DNA of 19,627 nucleotides from Myxococcales bacterium. Its GTDB lineage: Bacteria > Myxococcota_A > UBA9042 > JABWCM01 > BTVJ01. Position 1 is the first letter of the stretch; each line of letters opens with the position of its first letter. The translations under genes and the position numbers were made by a program. This document shows, in pieces, positions 1-11,968 of this stretch. The DNA is taken from positions 1-19,627 of the forward strand of contig BTVJ01000119.1 in the NCBI GenBank assembly GCA_045863395.1, read 5' to 3'. The notes under the pieces are model-generated. The model was not told the origin of the DNA and made no database searches. It saw only the letters and a list, made by a program, of their open reading frames with translations.

Positions 1-203
1 TCCCCGAGGACATCGCCGGCGAGGACCGCCACTTCTGCGTCCGCGCCGTCTGCCACCACTTCCGGCTCATGGCCACGAGCTACCTCCCCTCCCTTCACTG
101 CGACGACCCCTCCGAGGTCACCGAGTACGACGACATCCTGCGACCCCTCGCCGGCATCCACTGGCCCACGCTCGCGGTCCCCGGGGGCGTCGCCCTCATC
201 TGA
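1..203 (+). CDS. Partial CDS (3' end), probable family-2 glycosyltransferase-like protein
   Basis: Open frame from nt 3 with GC3-rich codons: PEDIAGEDRHFCVRAVCHHFRLMATSYLPSLHC...GGVALI, stop TGA at 201-203. GEDxxFCxRA is the typical GT2 'ED' motif. It is absent from the ORF track because its start lies outside the window. Confidence 0.6.
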   Translation, partial: PEDIAGEDRHFCVRAVCHHFRLMATSYLPSLHCDDPSEVTEYDDILRPLAGIHWPTLAVPGGVALI

Positions 204-254
204 CGGTCGGTGCAGCCTGCGAGGCGAGGTCGGCATGACCCCGCCCAGCCAGGA

Positions 255-1383
255 TCATGCCCTCACGACGACGGCGGAGCGCCCTGCGGGCGTGCGCATC
301 AGCGCGGTCCCGACACGCTCCGCGACGGGCGGTGCGTCCGAGCGCCGGTCGAACACGACCAGCCAGAGGTAGTCGAGCCCCAAGCCCGGGAGGTAGGTCT
401 CGATCTGTGCCAGGCCCTCGTCGCGGGGATCCGGACGCCCCGGTCTCCAGACCTTGAGCTCCATCGCGAGCGTGCTCCCACCCCAGAGTGAGGCAGAGGT
501 CCATGCGGCGGGAGCCGACGGCATATTCACGCTCGACGCGCCCCCTACGTTTCGCCACCCTGCCCGAAGAGGCCATCAGGACCAGGTGGGGCGCGATCTC
601 GTGATAGGGCGCCGCCCACATCAGCGGCTCTGCGTGCTGGCACCAGAAACCGACGAGGGCGTCCGGGAGCACACGCTCGTCCAGGCGCCCCGCAGCGTCC
701 AGCCAGGCGGGCCTTCCGTCTCTGACAGGCCCGGGAGGGAGCATCCGCTGCGTGGTGGCCGCCAACACTCTCGGCACGGTCTCCGCATGGATGGGGTCTG
801 CGATTCGCAGGCTTCCCTGCTCGTCGATGCGGGCAAGGACGTAGTCGCGGACGTCGCGCATCCCGACGAGCGCGAGCGCCCACGGGAAGGCCGCGGGGCG
901 CCCCGGAATGCCGCTCTGGAGCTGCTTGAGCAGCGACGACAGGACATGCGGCTGCAGCGAGTCGACCTCGTCCAGGAAGAGCACGAGGGGACGCGGGCAC
1001 GATGCCGCCCAGCGGCGGAGCCCGGTGACCACGAGGGCTCCTGGCGCCACGTCGGGCCACGGGGGCGGGTGGAGCTCCACCGGTAGCTGCTGCTCGACGC
1101 TGCTCACCCAGTCGGCGTTCACCGCCTGCTCCGCGTCGCCTGGCTCGGGGTAGGGCTCGCCGACCTCCGCGGAGAGTACGGCGGCGGCATGGCGCCCCTC
1201 GCTCATCAGCTCGGCAGCGAGCTGCCGAATCGCGGTGGTCTTACCCGTCTGGCGTGGCGCGTGGACGACGAACGCGCTCTGCCCATCGATCAGGGCCCGC
1301 AACCCCGGAAGTCGGCGCAGCGGCGGGAGCATGTAGCGGAGGTCCGGCTTGCAGGGACCCGCGATGTTGAACCGTCTGCCCAT
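255..1383 (-). pseudogene. Decayed AAA-like (P-loop) ATPase with C-terminal PD-(D/E)XK-like nuclease domain
   Basis: ATG at 1383 (MGRRFNIAGPC). Walker A is HAPRQTGKTT and Walker B is LVLFLDEVDSL. The family C-terminus (EREYAVGSRRMDLCL / TLAMELKVWRPGRPDP...WLVVFDRRS) is split across two frames by a frameshift at about 481-484. The central region also appears deleted in frame near 835-845. Confidence 0.8.
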
Positions 1384-1449
1384 GGGCCCATCGCAGGCCG
1401 GGCGCCATTCGCGGTCCAGCACCTTGCCCAACCCTTCGGCTCCCGTGCC

Positions 1450-1458
1450 TGCTATAGT
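1450..1458 (+). promoter_or_regulatory. Putative extended -10 promoter for the AlbA_2 gene
   Basis: TGcTATAGT about 40 nt upstream of the ATG; SD GGAGGA at 1485-1490; no well-spaced -35. Confidence 0.4.
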
Positions 1459-1497
1459 GGACCCGGAAGGCCGGGCAGGATCCCGGAGGAGTGAGTG

Positions 1498-2691
1498 ATG
1501 GACTGGTCCGACATCCAGGCGCGCATCGCATCCGGCGAAGACGACAGCACGGAGTTCAAGCGGGGCCTTGGCGACCTGAGACCCATTGGACGTGCGGTGT
1601 GCGCCTTCGCGAACACTCGGGGGGGCGTCGTGATCCTGGGAGTCGAAGATGACGGAAATGTCACCGGAGTCTCGCTACAGCCGAGCAACGTGCAGGAGCG
1701 CCTCACCTCGTTCCTCCAGTCGGGAGCAAGCGCTCCCGTCGCTGCCAGACTCGGGTCCCACTTGTTCGAGTCCGGATGGGTCCATTGGGTGGAGGTACCC
1801 CGACAGCGTGGCTACGAACCCCTACGCTTCGAGGGTCGCGTGTGGGTACGGCGCGGTCGGGCGTCCGTCGAGCCGTCACCGTCCGAGCTTCAAGAGCTGT
1901 ACAACACGTTCGGGTACATCCTCACAGAGGAGCGGACCATCGAAGCCGCGACGCCGCGCGACATCGACACGGAGACATTCCACAGCTTCCTGCGAGCCCA
2001 GGGGATCCCGACCGACGACGAACCACAGCCATCCATCGAGGAGGACCTCCTCTCCCGAGGAGTCGTCCGCCGCGTGGACAGAGCCATTCAAGCAACACTG
2101 TATGGAGTGCTCGCCTTCGGGAGAGACCCGCAGCGCTACCCGCAGACCCGCAACTTCTGGATCGGCTGTGTGGCCTACGGCGGTGTCGACCGCGGCGCCG
2201 ACCCGATCCTCGTCGGCGACGCCAAGGGGCGACTCGACGAGCAGGTGGAGAGGGCGCTCGGCTTCACACGTGCGCTGGGGCGACAGGAGTCCACGACCGG
2301 GCTGCTCCGAGAGGACAACCCGCCCGTCCCAGAGTCCGTGCTGCGAGAGGCGCTCGTCAACGCCGTGGTACACCGTGACTACAGCCTGACGGGCTCCCGG
2401 GTCCTGCTCGAGTTCTTCGATGACCGCGTGTGCGTCATGAGCCCGGGCGGCCTGCCCAACCACATGACCCCGTCCTCTGTCCGAGCGGGTGGGCTGCCGC
2501 GATCACGCAATGAGTGGCTCGCCCACTTCATGGTGGTCCGGCGACAGATGGAGCAGCGTGGCCGCGGCTGGCCCTTGATGCGGCAGCGCATGCGGGAGCA
2601 CAACGACACGGAGCCGATCCTCGAGGTGTTCGCAGAGGAGCGCTTCGTCCGCGTCACGCTCCTCCGAACGGTGACTCCTCGGACGGCCTGA
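1498..2691 (+). CDS. Schlafen/AlbA_2 domain + HATPase_c_4 (RecG C-terminal-like, GHKL) protein
   Basis: N-terminal GEDDSTEFK...AVCAFANTRGGVVILGVEDDG (AlbA_2). C-terminal LREALVNAVVHRDY...SPGGLP...RSRN...EQRGRG (HATPase_c_4). SD GGAGGA before ATG 1498. No C-terminal HTH. Confidence 0.88.
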   Translation: MDWSDIQARIASGEDDSTEFKRGLGDLRPIGRAVCAFANTRGGVVILGVEDDGNVTGVSLQPSNVQERLTSFLQSGASAPVAARLGSHLFESGWVHWVEVPRQRGYEPLRFEGRVWVRRGRASVEPSPSELQELYNTFGYILTEERTIEAATPRDIDTETFHSFLRAQGIPTDDEPQPSIEEDLLSRGVVRRVDRAIQATLYGVLAFGRDPQRYPQTRNFWIGCVAYGGVDRGADPILVGDAKGRLDEQVERALGFTRALGRQESTTGLLREDNPPVPESVLREALVNAVVHRDYSLTGSRVLLEFFDDRVCVMSPGGLPNHMTPSSVRAGGLPRSRNEWLAHFMVVRRQMEQRGRGWPLMRQRMREHNDTEPILEVFAEERFVRVTLLRTVTPRTA

Positions 2692-2756
2692 CGAGGGGGC
2701 AACGGAGCGCACCAACGCACTTCAGCGCCAGCAAGCAGTTCCACGAACCGGTCCGG

Positions 2757-2986
2757 ACGCTCAGGGGCCCTCGGGACTGACAGGGTCAGCAACACGTAGC
2801 TGCACGCCCCTCATGGCCGCCTTCGGGCGGCTTGGCTCCGGCCAACCCCGGGAGCTACCACGAGTACATCCGCGGGGTTGGCCGAGGCCGATCCGCCGCG
2901 AGCTCGGCGCATGAGGGCCGCGCCCATACTTGTTGCTGACCCTGTGAGGCCCCGACCACTGCCCCTCACCCGTCGCCCCTGAGCGT
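2757..2986. repeat. Outer 12-bp perfect inverted repeat enclosing the MITE-like element
   Basis: ACGCTCAGGGGC (2757-2768) / GCCCCTGAGCGT (2975-2986), plus TCGGG (2771-2775) / CCCGA (2951-2955). Confidence 0.75.
2781..2944. mobile_element. 164-bp non-autonomous MITE/REP-like element with internal multibranched secondary structure
   Basis: Perfect 14-bp terminal inverted repeats CAGGGTCAGCAACA (2781-2794) / TGTTGCTGACCCTG (2931-2944). TGA direct repeats flank it (2778-2780, 2945-2947). Nested internal stems; no credible ORF. Confidence 0.65.
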
Positions 2987-2988
2987 GC

Positions 2989-3017
2989 TCGACAAGACCC
3001 CCGCTCCCCGCTACGAT
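2989..3017 (+). promoter_or_regulatory. Putative sigma70 promoter for glmU-glmS-uvrD
   Basis: TCGACA (2989-2994), 17 bp spacer, TACGAT (3012-3017). Confidence 0.5.
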
Positions 3018-3050
3018 CCGCCCGTCCGTGGGCTCCCTGTGAGGTCGGCG

Positions 3051-4451
3051 ATGCGCGAAGGGCTGGTGGCGGTGATCCTGGCGGCGGGCAAGGGGACCCG
3101 CATGAAGAGCGAGCGGGCGAAGCTGCTGCACGAGGTCCTCGGGCGGCCGCTCGTCGCCTGGCCCATCGCCACCGCGCTCGACGCGGGCGTGGCAAGGACG
3201 ATCCTCGTCGTCGGCCACCAGGCGGAGCAGGTCGCCGCGGCCGCGCGCGCAGCACACCCGACCACCCCCCTCGCCTTCGCGCTCCAGGACCCGCCGCTCG
3301 GCACGGGCCACGCGGTGCTCTGCGCGAAAGACGCCGTGGGCGACGCCTCCACGGTCCTGATCACCAGCGGCGACGTGCCCGGCCTCACTCCCGCCACCCT
3401 GACGCGCCTCCTCGCCGCCTTCGACGAGAGCGGCCACCTGGCGGTGCTCACCTTCGAGAAGGCAGACCCCATGGGGTACGGGCGCATCGTGCGGTCCCCG
3501 GAGACCGGCCAGCTCCAGCGCATCGTCGAGGAGCGGGACGCGACCGAGGCCGAGCGCCGCCTCCGCGAGGTGAACGCGGGCGTCTACGTGGCGGACCGCG
3601 CGCTGCTCTTCGAGGCGCTGGCCACCTGCGGCACGGACAACGACCAGGGGGAGATGTACCTGACGGACGTCGTCGCGTGGGCCTCCGCACGCGGCCTCCC
3701 CATCGCCACGGCGCGGGTCGAAGACGGTCTCGAGGTCTGGGGCATCAACGACCGGGCGGATCTCGCCACCGTGCAGCGCGGCCTCCAGGCCCGCACGAAC
3801 CAGGCCCACATGCGCGCGGGCGTCACGCTGCTCGACCCGGACCAGACCACCATCGAGGCAGACGTCACCATCGGGCGGGACACCACCATCCACCGGGGGG
3901 TCCGCCTCGCCCGCGGCACCCGTGTCGGCGCCGGCTGCCTCATCGAGGAGGGCGCCATCCTGACCGCCTCCACCCTCGCCGACGGCGTCCACGTCAAGCC
4001 GTACTGCGTCATCACGGACAGCACCCTCGCGACGGGCGTCGAGGTCGGCCCCTTCGCCCACCTGCGCCCCGGCACGTGCCTCGACGAGCGCGTCAAGGTC
4101 GGCAACTTCGTCGAGACCAAGAAGGCGCACCTGGCGGCCGGCACCAAGGCGAGCCACCTGAGCTATCTGGGGGACGCGGAGATCGGCCCCGGCTGCAACA
4201 TCGGCGCGGGCACGATCACGTGCAACTACGACGGCACCCACAAGCACCGCACCACCCTCGGTGCGGGGGTGTTCATCGGCAGCGACACCCAGCTCGTCGC
4301 ACCGGTGACCCTCGGGGACGGCGCCTACGTGGGCGCCGGCACCACGGTGACGAAGGACGTGCCCGGGGGAGCGCTGGCGATCAGCCGCGTACCCCAGCGC
4401 AACATAGAAGGCTGGGTCGACAATCGCCTGGAGCGCCTCAAGCGCGGGTAG
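3051..4451 (+). CDS. glmU: Bifunctional UDP-GlcNAc diphosphorylase / glucosamine-1-phosphate N-acetyltransferase
   Basis: [61 protein letters not shown] and hexapeptide repeats. ATG 3051 with GAGG SD. Confidence 0.98.
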   Translation: MREGLVAVILAAGKGTRMKSERAKLLHEVLGRPLVAWPIATALDAGVARTILVVGHQAEQVAAAARAAHPTTPLAFALQDPPLGTGHAVLCAKDAVGDASTVLITSGDVPGLTPATLTRLLAAFDESGHLAVLTFEKADPMGYGRIVRSPETGQLQRIVEERDATEAERRLREVNAGVYVADRALLFEALATCGTDNDQGEMYLTDVVAWASARGLPIATARVEDGLEVWGINDRADLATVQRGLQARTNQAHMRAGVTLLDPDQTTIEADVTIGRDTTIHRGVRLARGTRVGAGCLIEEGAILTASTLADGVHVKPYCVITDSTLATGVEVGPFAHLRPGTCLDERVKVGNFVETKKAHLAAGTKASHLSYLGDAEIGPGCNIGAGTITCNYDGTHKHRTTLGAGVFIGSDTQLVAPVTLGDGAYVGAGTTVTKDVPGGALAISRVPQRNIEGWVDNRLERLKRG

Positions 4452-4458
4452 GGAAGCC

Positions 4459-6299
<1,841 letters not shown>

Positions 6300-6300
<1 letters not shown>

Positions 6301-8531
6301 TGGACGCCCCCTTCGACATCCCCGCCGAGGCCGTCGCGGAGCACCTCCTCGAGGGGCTCAACGAGTCCCAGCAAGAAGCGGTCCTGGCCTTCGACGGCCC
6401 CGTCTTGATCCTCGCCGGCGCGGGCACCGGCAAGACCCGCACCATCACGCACAAGATCGCCTGGCTGGTGCGCGTCCGGGGCCTCGCGCCGTGGAACGTG
6501 CTCGCCATGACCTTCACCAACAAGGCCGCTGGCGAGATGCGGGAGCGCCTCGGCCACCTCCTGGGCCCCGACGCCGCCGACCTGCACCTCGGCACCTTCC
6601 ACCGCATCGGCCTCCAGCTCCTGCGACGCTTCACGGGCCTGGCGGGCCTCGCCTCGGGCTTCGTGATCTACGACGACGGGGACCAGAAGACCCTCATCGG
6701 GCGCATCCTGAAGGACCTGGGCATCACCGACGCCTGGCCCGCACAGCGCTACCGGGGCTTCATCGACCGCGCCAAGAACCACTGCTGGGGCCCGCACAGC
6801 CCCGAGCTCCCCCGGGACTCCCGCTTCGACGAGCAGGCGGCCACGGTCTACGCCGCCTACCAGGAGCGCCTGCGCGCCGCCAACGCGGTGGACTTCGGCG
6901 ACCTGATCGTCGAGCCCATCCGCCTGCTCGAGTCGAACCCGGCCGCCCTCGATGAGCTCCACTACCGGTGGCAGTACGTGCTCGTCGACGAGTTCCAGGA
7001 CACCAACGCTGCGCAGCACCGGCTGCTCCGCCTGCTCGCGAGTGACGGCGTGTGCGTGGTCGGCGACGACGACCAGAGCATCTACCGGTGGCGGGGCGCC
7101 GAGATCGCCAACATCCTGAAGTTCGAGGACCAGTACCCGGGCACGACGGTCGTGCGCCTGGAGCGCAACTACCGCAGCACGGGCACCATCCTGGCCGCGG
7201 CGGGCGCCGTCATCGCCAACAACCGGCGGCGCCACGTGAAGACCCTGTGGACGGACGCCGACGCCGGGCCGCCGCTCACCCTCTACGTCGCCACCTCCGA
7301 GCGCGACGAGGCCGAGTGGGTGGTGCGCCGGGTTCGCGCCCTCGCCAAGAGCGAGCCCCTGTCCGAGGTGGCGATCTTCTACCGCACCAACTCCCAGTCC
7401 CGCGTCTTCGAGGACGAGCTGCGCAAGGAGCGCGTCCCCTACGTCGTCGTCGGAGGCATGCGCTTCTACGAGCGCGCCGAGATCAAGGACGCCCTCGCAT
7501 ACCTGCGGCTGCTGGTCAATCCCCGGGACGACATCGCGCTGCTGCGCGCCATCAACACGCCGGCCCGCGGCATCGGCCCCGGCACGCTCGACAAGGTCGC
7601 CGAGCGGGCGGGACGCGATGGCGAAGGCCTCCTGGCTGCCGCCCTCGCCATGGCCGGCACGAAGGAAGGCAAGCGCCTCGCGCCCTTTGCCGCTCTGATC
7701 GCAGACCTTCGGGAGATCTACGCGCAGGTCCCGCCGCCCGTGGTCCTGTGCCAGCGGACCCTGGAGCGCTCGGGCCTCCTCGAGGCGCTGCGCGCGGAGG
7801 GCAGCGTGGAGGCGGAGTCGCGCCTCGACAACCTGCGGGAGCTCCTGACGTCCATCGAGGAGTACCAGACCGGCGCGAAGGACGCGACGCTGCACGGGTT
7901 CCTCGACCAGGTCGCGCTGGTCTCCGACGTGGACGAGGTCGAGGACACCGAGGACAAGGTCACCCTGATGACCGTCCACGCAGCGAAGGGGCTGGAGTTC
8001 AACGCGGTCTTCGTGACGGGTGTCGAGGAGAACCTGTTCCCGCACTTCAACTCGGCGGACGACCCGGACGCCATCGAAGAAGAGCGCCGCCTCTGCTACG
8101 TGGCCATGACGCGGGCGCGGCGCATTCTCACGCTGTCACGCGCCGCGAGCCGCCACCGCTTCGGCCAGACACAGGAGAACCCGCCGAGCCGCTTCCTGCG
8201 CGAGATCCCCCCGGAGCTGGTCCACGTGACGGACCAGGCGGCCCAGCGCCGGGGAGCGACCGCCTCGCTCGGGCTGACCGGACGGCCGGGGGCCAGCTTC
8301 CAGGCGGGCTGGCGGCAGCGGGCGCAAGCGACAGAGCCCCCCGCGGACGCCTTCCCGGACTACGACAGCCCCCAGAGCACGGCCCCGGGCGCCGGCACCC
8401 GGGTCCGCCACGCGACCCTCGGCGCCGGCCGCATCGTCTCCATCGACGGTCACGGCCCGGAGGCCCGCGTCCTCGTGGACTTCGCGGGCGACCGGCGCAA
8501 GGTCATCGCCCGCTTCCTGACGCTGGCCTGA
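6300..8531 (+). CDS. uvrD: SF1A ATP-dependent DNA helicase UvrD/PcrA
   Basis: AGAGTGKT, TFTNKAA, LVDEFQDTN, VGDDDQSIYRWRGA, LERNYRST, MTVHAAKGLEF, EEERRLCYVAMTRA, and a C-terminal Tudor-like domain (GTRVRHATLGAGRIV). The GTG start overlaps the glmS stop (TAGTG). Confidence 0.95.
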
Positions 8532-8583
8532 CACGCCGCGTCCGGCGACGTCGCAGAGCGCGACGGCCGCACCGAGAGCGCGG

Positions 8584-9153
8584 TCACTCCCCTGTGCCCG
8601 CCTTCTCGATGGCCTGCTCCATCATGGTCTTGAGACAGCCCTCCACGGCCTCCTTGTCCGACGCCTTGACGAGGCAGCCACGCACCTCGGGCGACCACTC
8701 GGCGCACATCTTGAGGAAGTCGGCCTGCTGTGAGGCGCTCGGGTCTGGCTCCCCGAGGTCCTTGTTGATGCGCCGCATGGTGGCGAGGGCTGTGTTGCAC
8801 TCCGGCGTCCCCGAGGTGGGCGCCTTGGCGACCTCTTTGGTAGCCCCCTCCTTCGCGGCCTCCTCCTTCGCTGCCTCCTCGAAGGCGAGGCGCATGGCGC
8901 TGGCCATGCACGCCTCCATGGACTTCTCGTCGACGACCGCGGCCATGCAGGTCCGGATCTCCTCCGGCATACCGGCACACTGCTCCACGAACTTCTTCTG
9001 GTCCTCGTCGCTCATGGCGCCCTCGCCGGCCTCCGCGGCCAGGCGCGTCAGGTTGCCGAGGGCCTTCTTGCAGGTGGCGGTCGCGTCGTCGGCGCTCGCC
9101 GAGGCAGGGACGAACAGGGCGCTCAGGGCCACGGCGCTCAGGATACGCTTCAT
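8584..9153 (-). CDS. Secreted Cys-rich protein with two tandem 4-Cys helical repeats (hypothetical, 189 aa)
   Basis: Sec-type signal MKRILSAVALSALFVPASASA; two C-x30-C-x9-C-x12-C repeats; GGAG SD upstream of ATG 9153. Confidence 0.85.
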   Translation of the reverse strand: MKRILSAVALSALFVPASASADDATATCKKALGNLTRLAAEAGEGAMSDEDQKKFVEQCAGMPEEIRTCMAAVVDEKSMEACMASAMRLAFEEAAKEEAAKEGATKEVAKAPTSGTPECNTALATMRRINKDLGEPDPSASQQADFLKMCAEWSPEVRGCLVKASDKEAVEGCLKTMMEQAIEKAGTGE

Positions 9154-9243
9154 CGGATGGCTCCGTCGTTCGGGTCGGTGGTGTGACGTCGCGGCCCCCC
9201 CGCGGAAATCGTGTCGCGACGTCGAGGTCGGGGAACACGAGGG

Positions 9244-9272
9244 ACGGTACCGACCGCCAAGGCCAGGATCAA
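9244..9272 (-). promoter_or_regulatory. Putative sigma70 promoter for the Cys-repeat gene
   Basis: Minus strand: TTGATC (9272-9267), 17 bp spacer, TACCGT (9249-9244). Confidence 0.4.
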
Positions 9273-9329
9273 CCCCGCTCGCCCGCTCGGACCACGCGCG
9301 CAAGATCGCGGAAAGGACTCCCGTTCGAC

Positions 9330-10781
<1,452 letters not shown>

Positions 10782-10783
10782 GG

Positions 10784-11683
10784 CTACTTGACGATGCTGT
10801 CGCCGCCCAGGATGCCCATGTTGATCTTGATCTTGCCGCCGGAGTCCGTGCCCGACTTCGCGGTTCCACCGTTGCCCGACTTGACCTTGGCGCCCCCCCC
10901 GGTGGACTTGACCTCCGGCACCCCGGCGCCAGCGTCGGCCGTCGCGGCGGCGGCCTTGGCGGCCACGGCGGCCTTCAGCTCGGTCTTCTCCGTCGTGAGC
11001 TGCTCGACGGTGGCGGTCAGGGCGCCCTTCTCGGTGGTGAGCTGCTGAATGGCCTTGTCTGCATCGGTCTTGGCCGTCGTCATGGCCTCCAGCGCGCCCT
11101 TGGTCTTCGAGAGGTCCCCGTTCAGCGTCGCGATGTTGGCGTTCGCCGCGGCGATCTGGCCATCCAGGTCCTTCTTCATGGCGGCTGCGGCGTTGTTGGC
11201 CGCCTCCAGGTCCCCCGTGAGCTTGGAGACGTACCAGCCGAGCCCGGCAGCCGCGAGGAGCAGCACGACGGACGCCGCGATCCAGCCGGCGCTGGACTTG
11301 GGAGCGACGATCACGGGGGCGACCTCCGGGGCCGCGACCGCCATCTTGGGCTCTGCCGCCCTCGCCTCCTCCTCCTTCTTGCGGACGATCTCATCGCGAC
11401 GCCGCTGCTCGTCCTCGAGCCGCCGCTGCATCTCGGCGCGCTTGCGGGCGATCTCCTCCTCCATGCGGCGGCGCTCGTCGTGCTCCTTCTCGCGGATGCG
11501 GTTGTCGAGGGCCTGCTTCTCGCGGTCTGCCTCGAGGAGCGTCTCACGGAGGAGGCTGTCGAGCAGGCTGGAGCTGCCGCCGGGGCTCGCGCCCGCCGGC
11601 GTGGAGCTCACGACATCGAACGCGTTGCCGTCGTCCGAGTCGTCGAAGGACGTGTTCAGGGCGGCCGTCTTGGGGTCGGTCAT
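10784..11683 (-). CDS. Hypothetical single-pass membrane protein with coiled coils on both sides of the TM (299 aa)
   Basis: An E/R/K-rich helix, TM WIAASVVLLLAAAGLGWYV, an A/K/T heptad coiled coil and a G/K-rich tail. GC3-rich codons; GGGAG SD. Confidence 0.88.
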   Translation of the reverse strand: MTDPKTAALNTSFDDSDDGNAFDVVSSTPAGASPGGSSSLLDSLLRETLLEADREKQALDNRIREKEHDERRRMEEEIARKRAEMQRRLEDEQRRRDEIVRKKEEEARAAEPKMAVAAPEVAPVIVAPKSSAGWIAASVVLLLAAAGLGWYVSKLTGDLEAANNAAAAMKKDLDGQIAAANANIATLNGDLSKTKGALEAMTTAKTDADKAIQQLTTEKGALTATVEQLTTEKTELKAAVAAKAAAATADAGAGVPEVKSTGGGAKVKSGNGGTAKSGTDSGGKIKINMGILGGDSIVK

Positions 11684-11720
11684 CGTGTGTGCTCCCTCGC
11701 GGGGTCGTGGTTGCCGGGAA

Positions 11721-11750
11721 AGTGTACGGTCACAGGTGAAATCGTGTCAA
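11721..11750 (-). promoter_or_regulatory. Putative sigma70 promoter for the coiled-coil/AAA operon
   Basis: Minus strand: TTGACA (11750-11745), 18 bp spacer, TACACT (11726-11721). Confidence 0.65.
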
Positions 11751-11891
11751 ACCGCATCGTGGGCGCGCTGTCACCCCTGGAGGTGGGCCAGGGCACGCGC
11801 CCGCTCGCGGCCCCGGTCTCCTTCGGGTTACAGGTGCTGCAACGTCTGCAGAGCCCTCTGCGATCTGTTCCTCGAGGGGCCTGCTTGATAG

Positions 11892-11921
11892 TTGACGCCC
11901 GGACCAGGGCGCGGTTATCAT
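11892..11921 (+). promoter_or_regulatory. Putative sigma70 promoter for the divergent membrane protein gene
   Basis: TTGACG (11892-11897), 18 bp spacer, TATCAT (11916-11921). Confidence 0.6.
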
Positions 11922-11968
11922 GCGGCGGCTCGCAGGTTTTGTAACCCATTGAGATGAGAGGGAAACCG

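Noticed and set aside
196..480. C-terminus of the 411-aa ORF 196-1431 as real protein
   Set aside because: Out-of-frame read-through after the frameshift; the family-like C-terminus is in the 255-530 frame.
2757..3050. glmS ribozyme or known riboswitch in the structured region upstream of glmU-glmS
   Set aside because: I do not recognise the glmS ribozyme core. The structure lies upstream of the predicted glmU promoter and is bounded by TIRs and a direct repeat; glmS itself has only a 7-bp gap before it.
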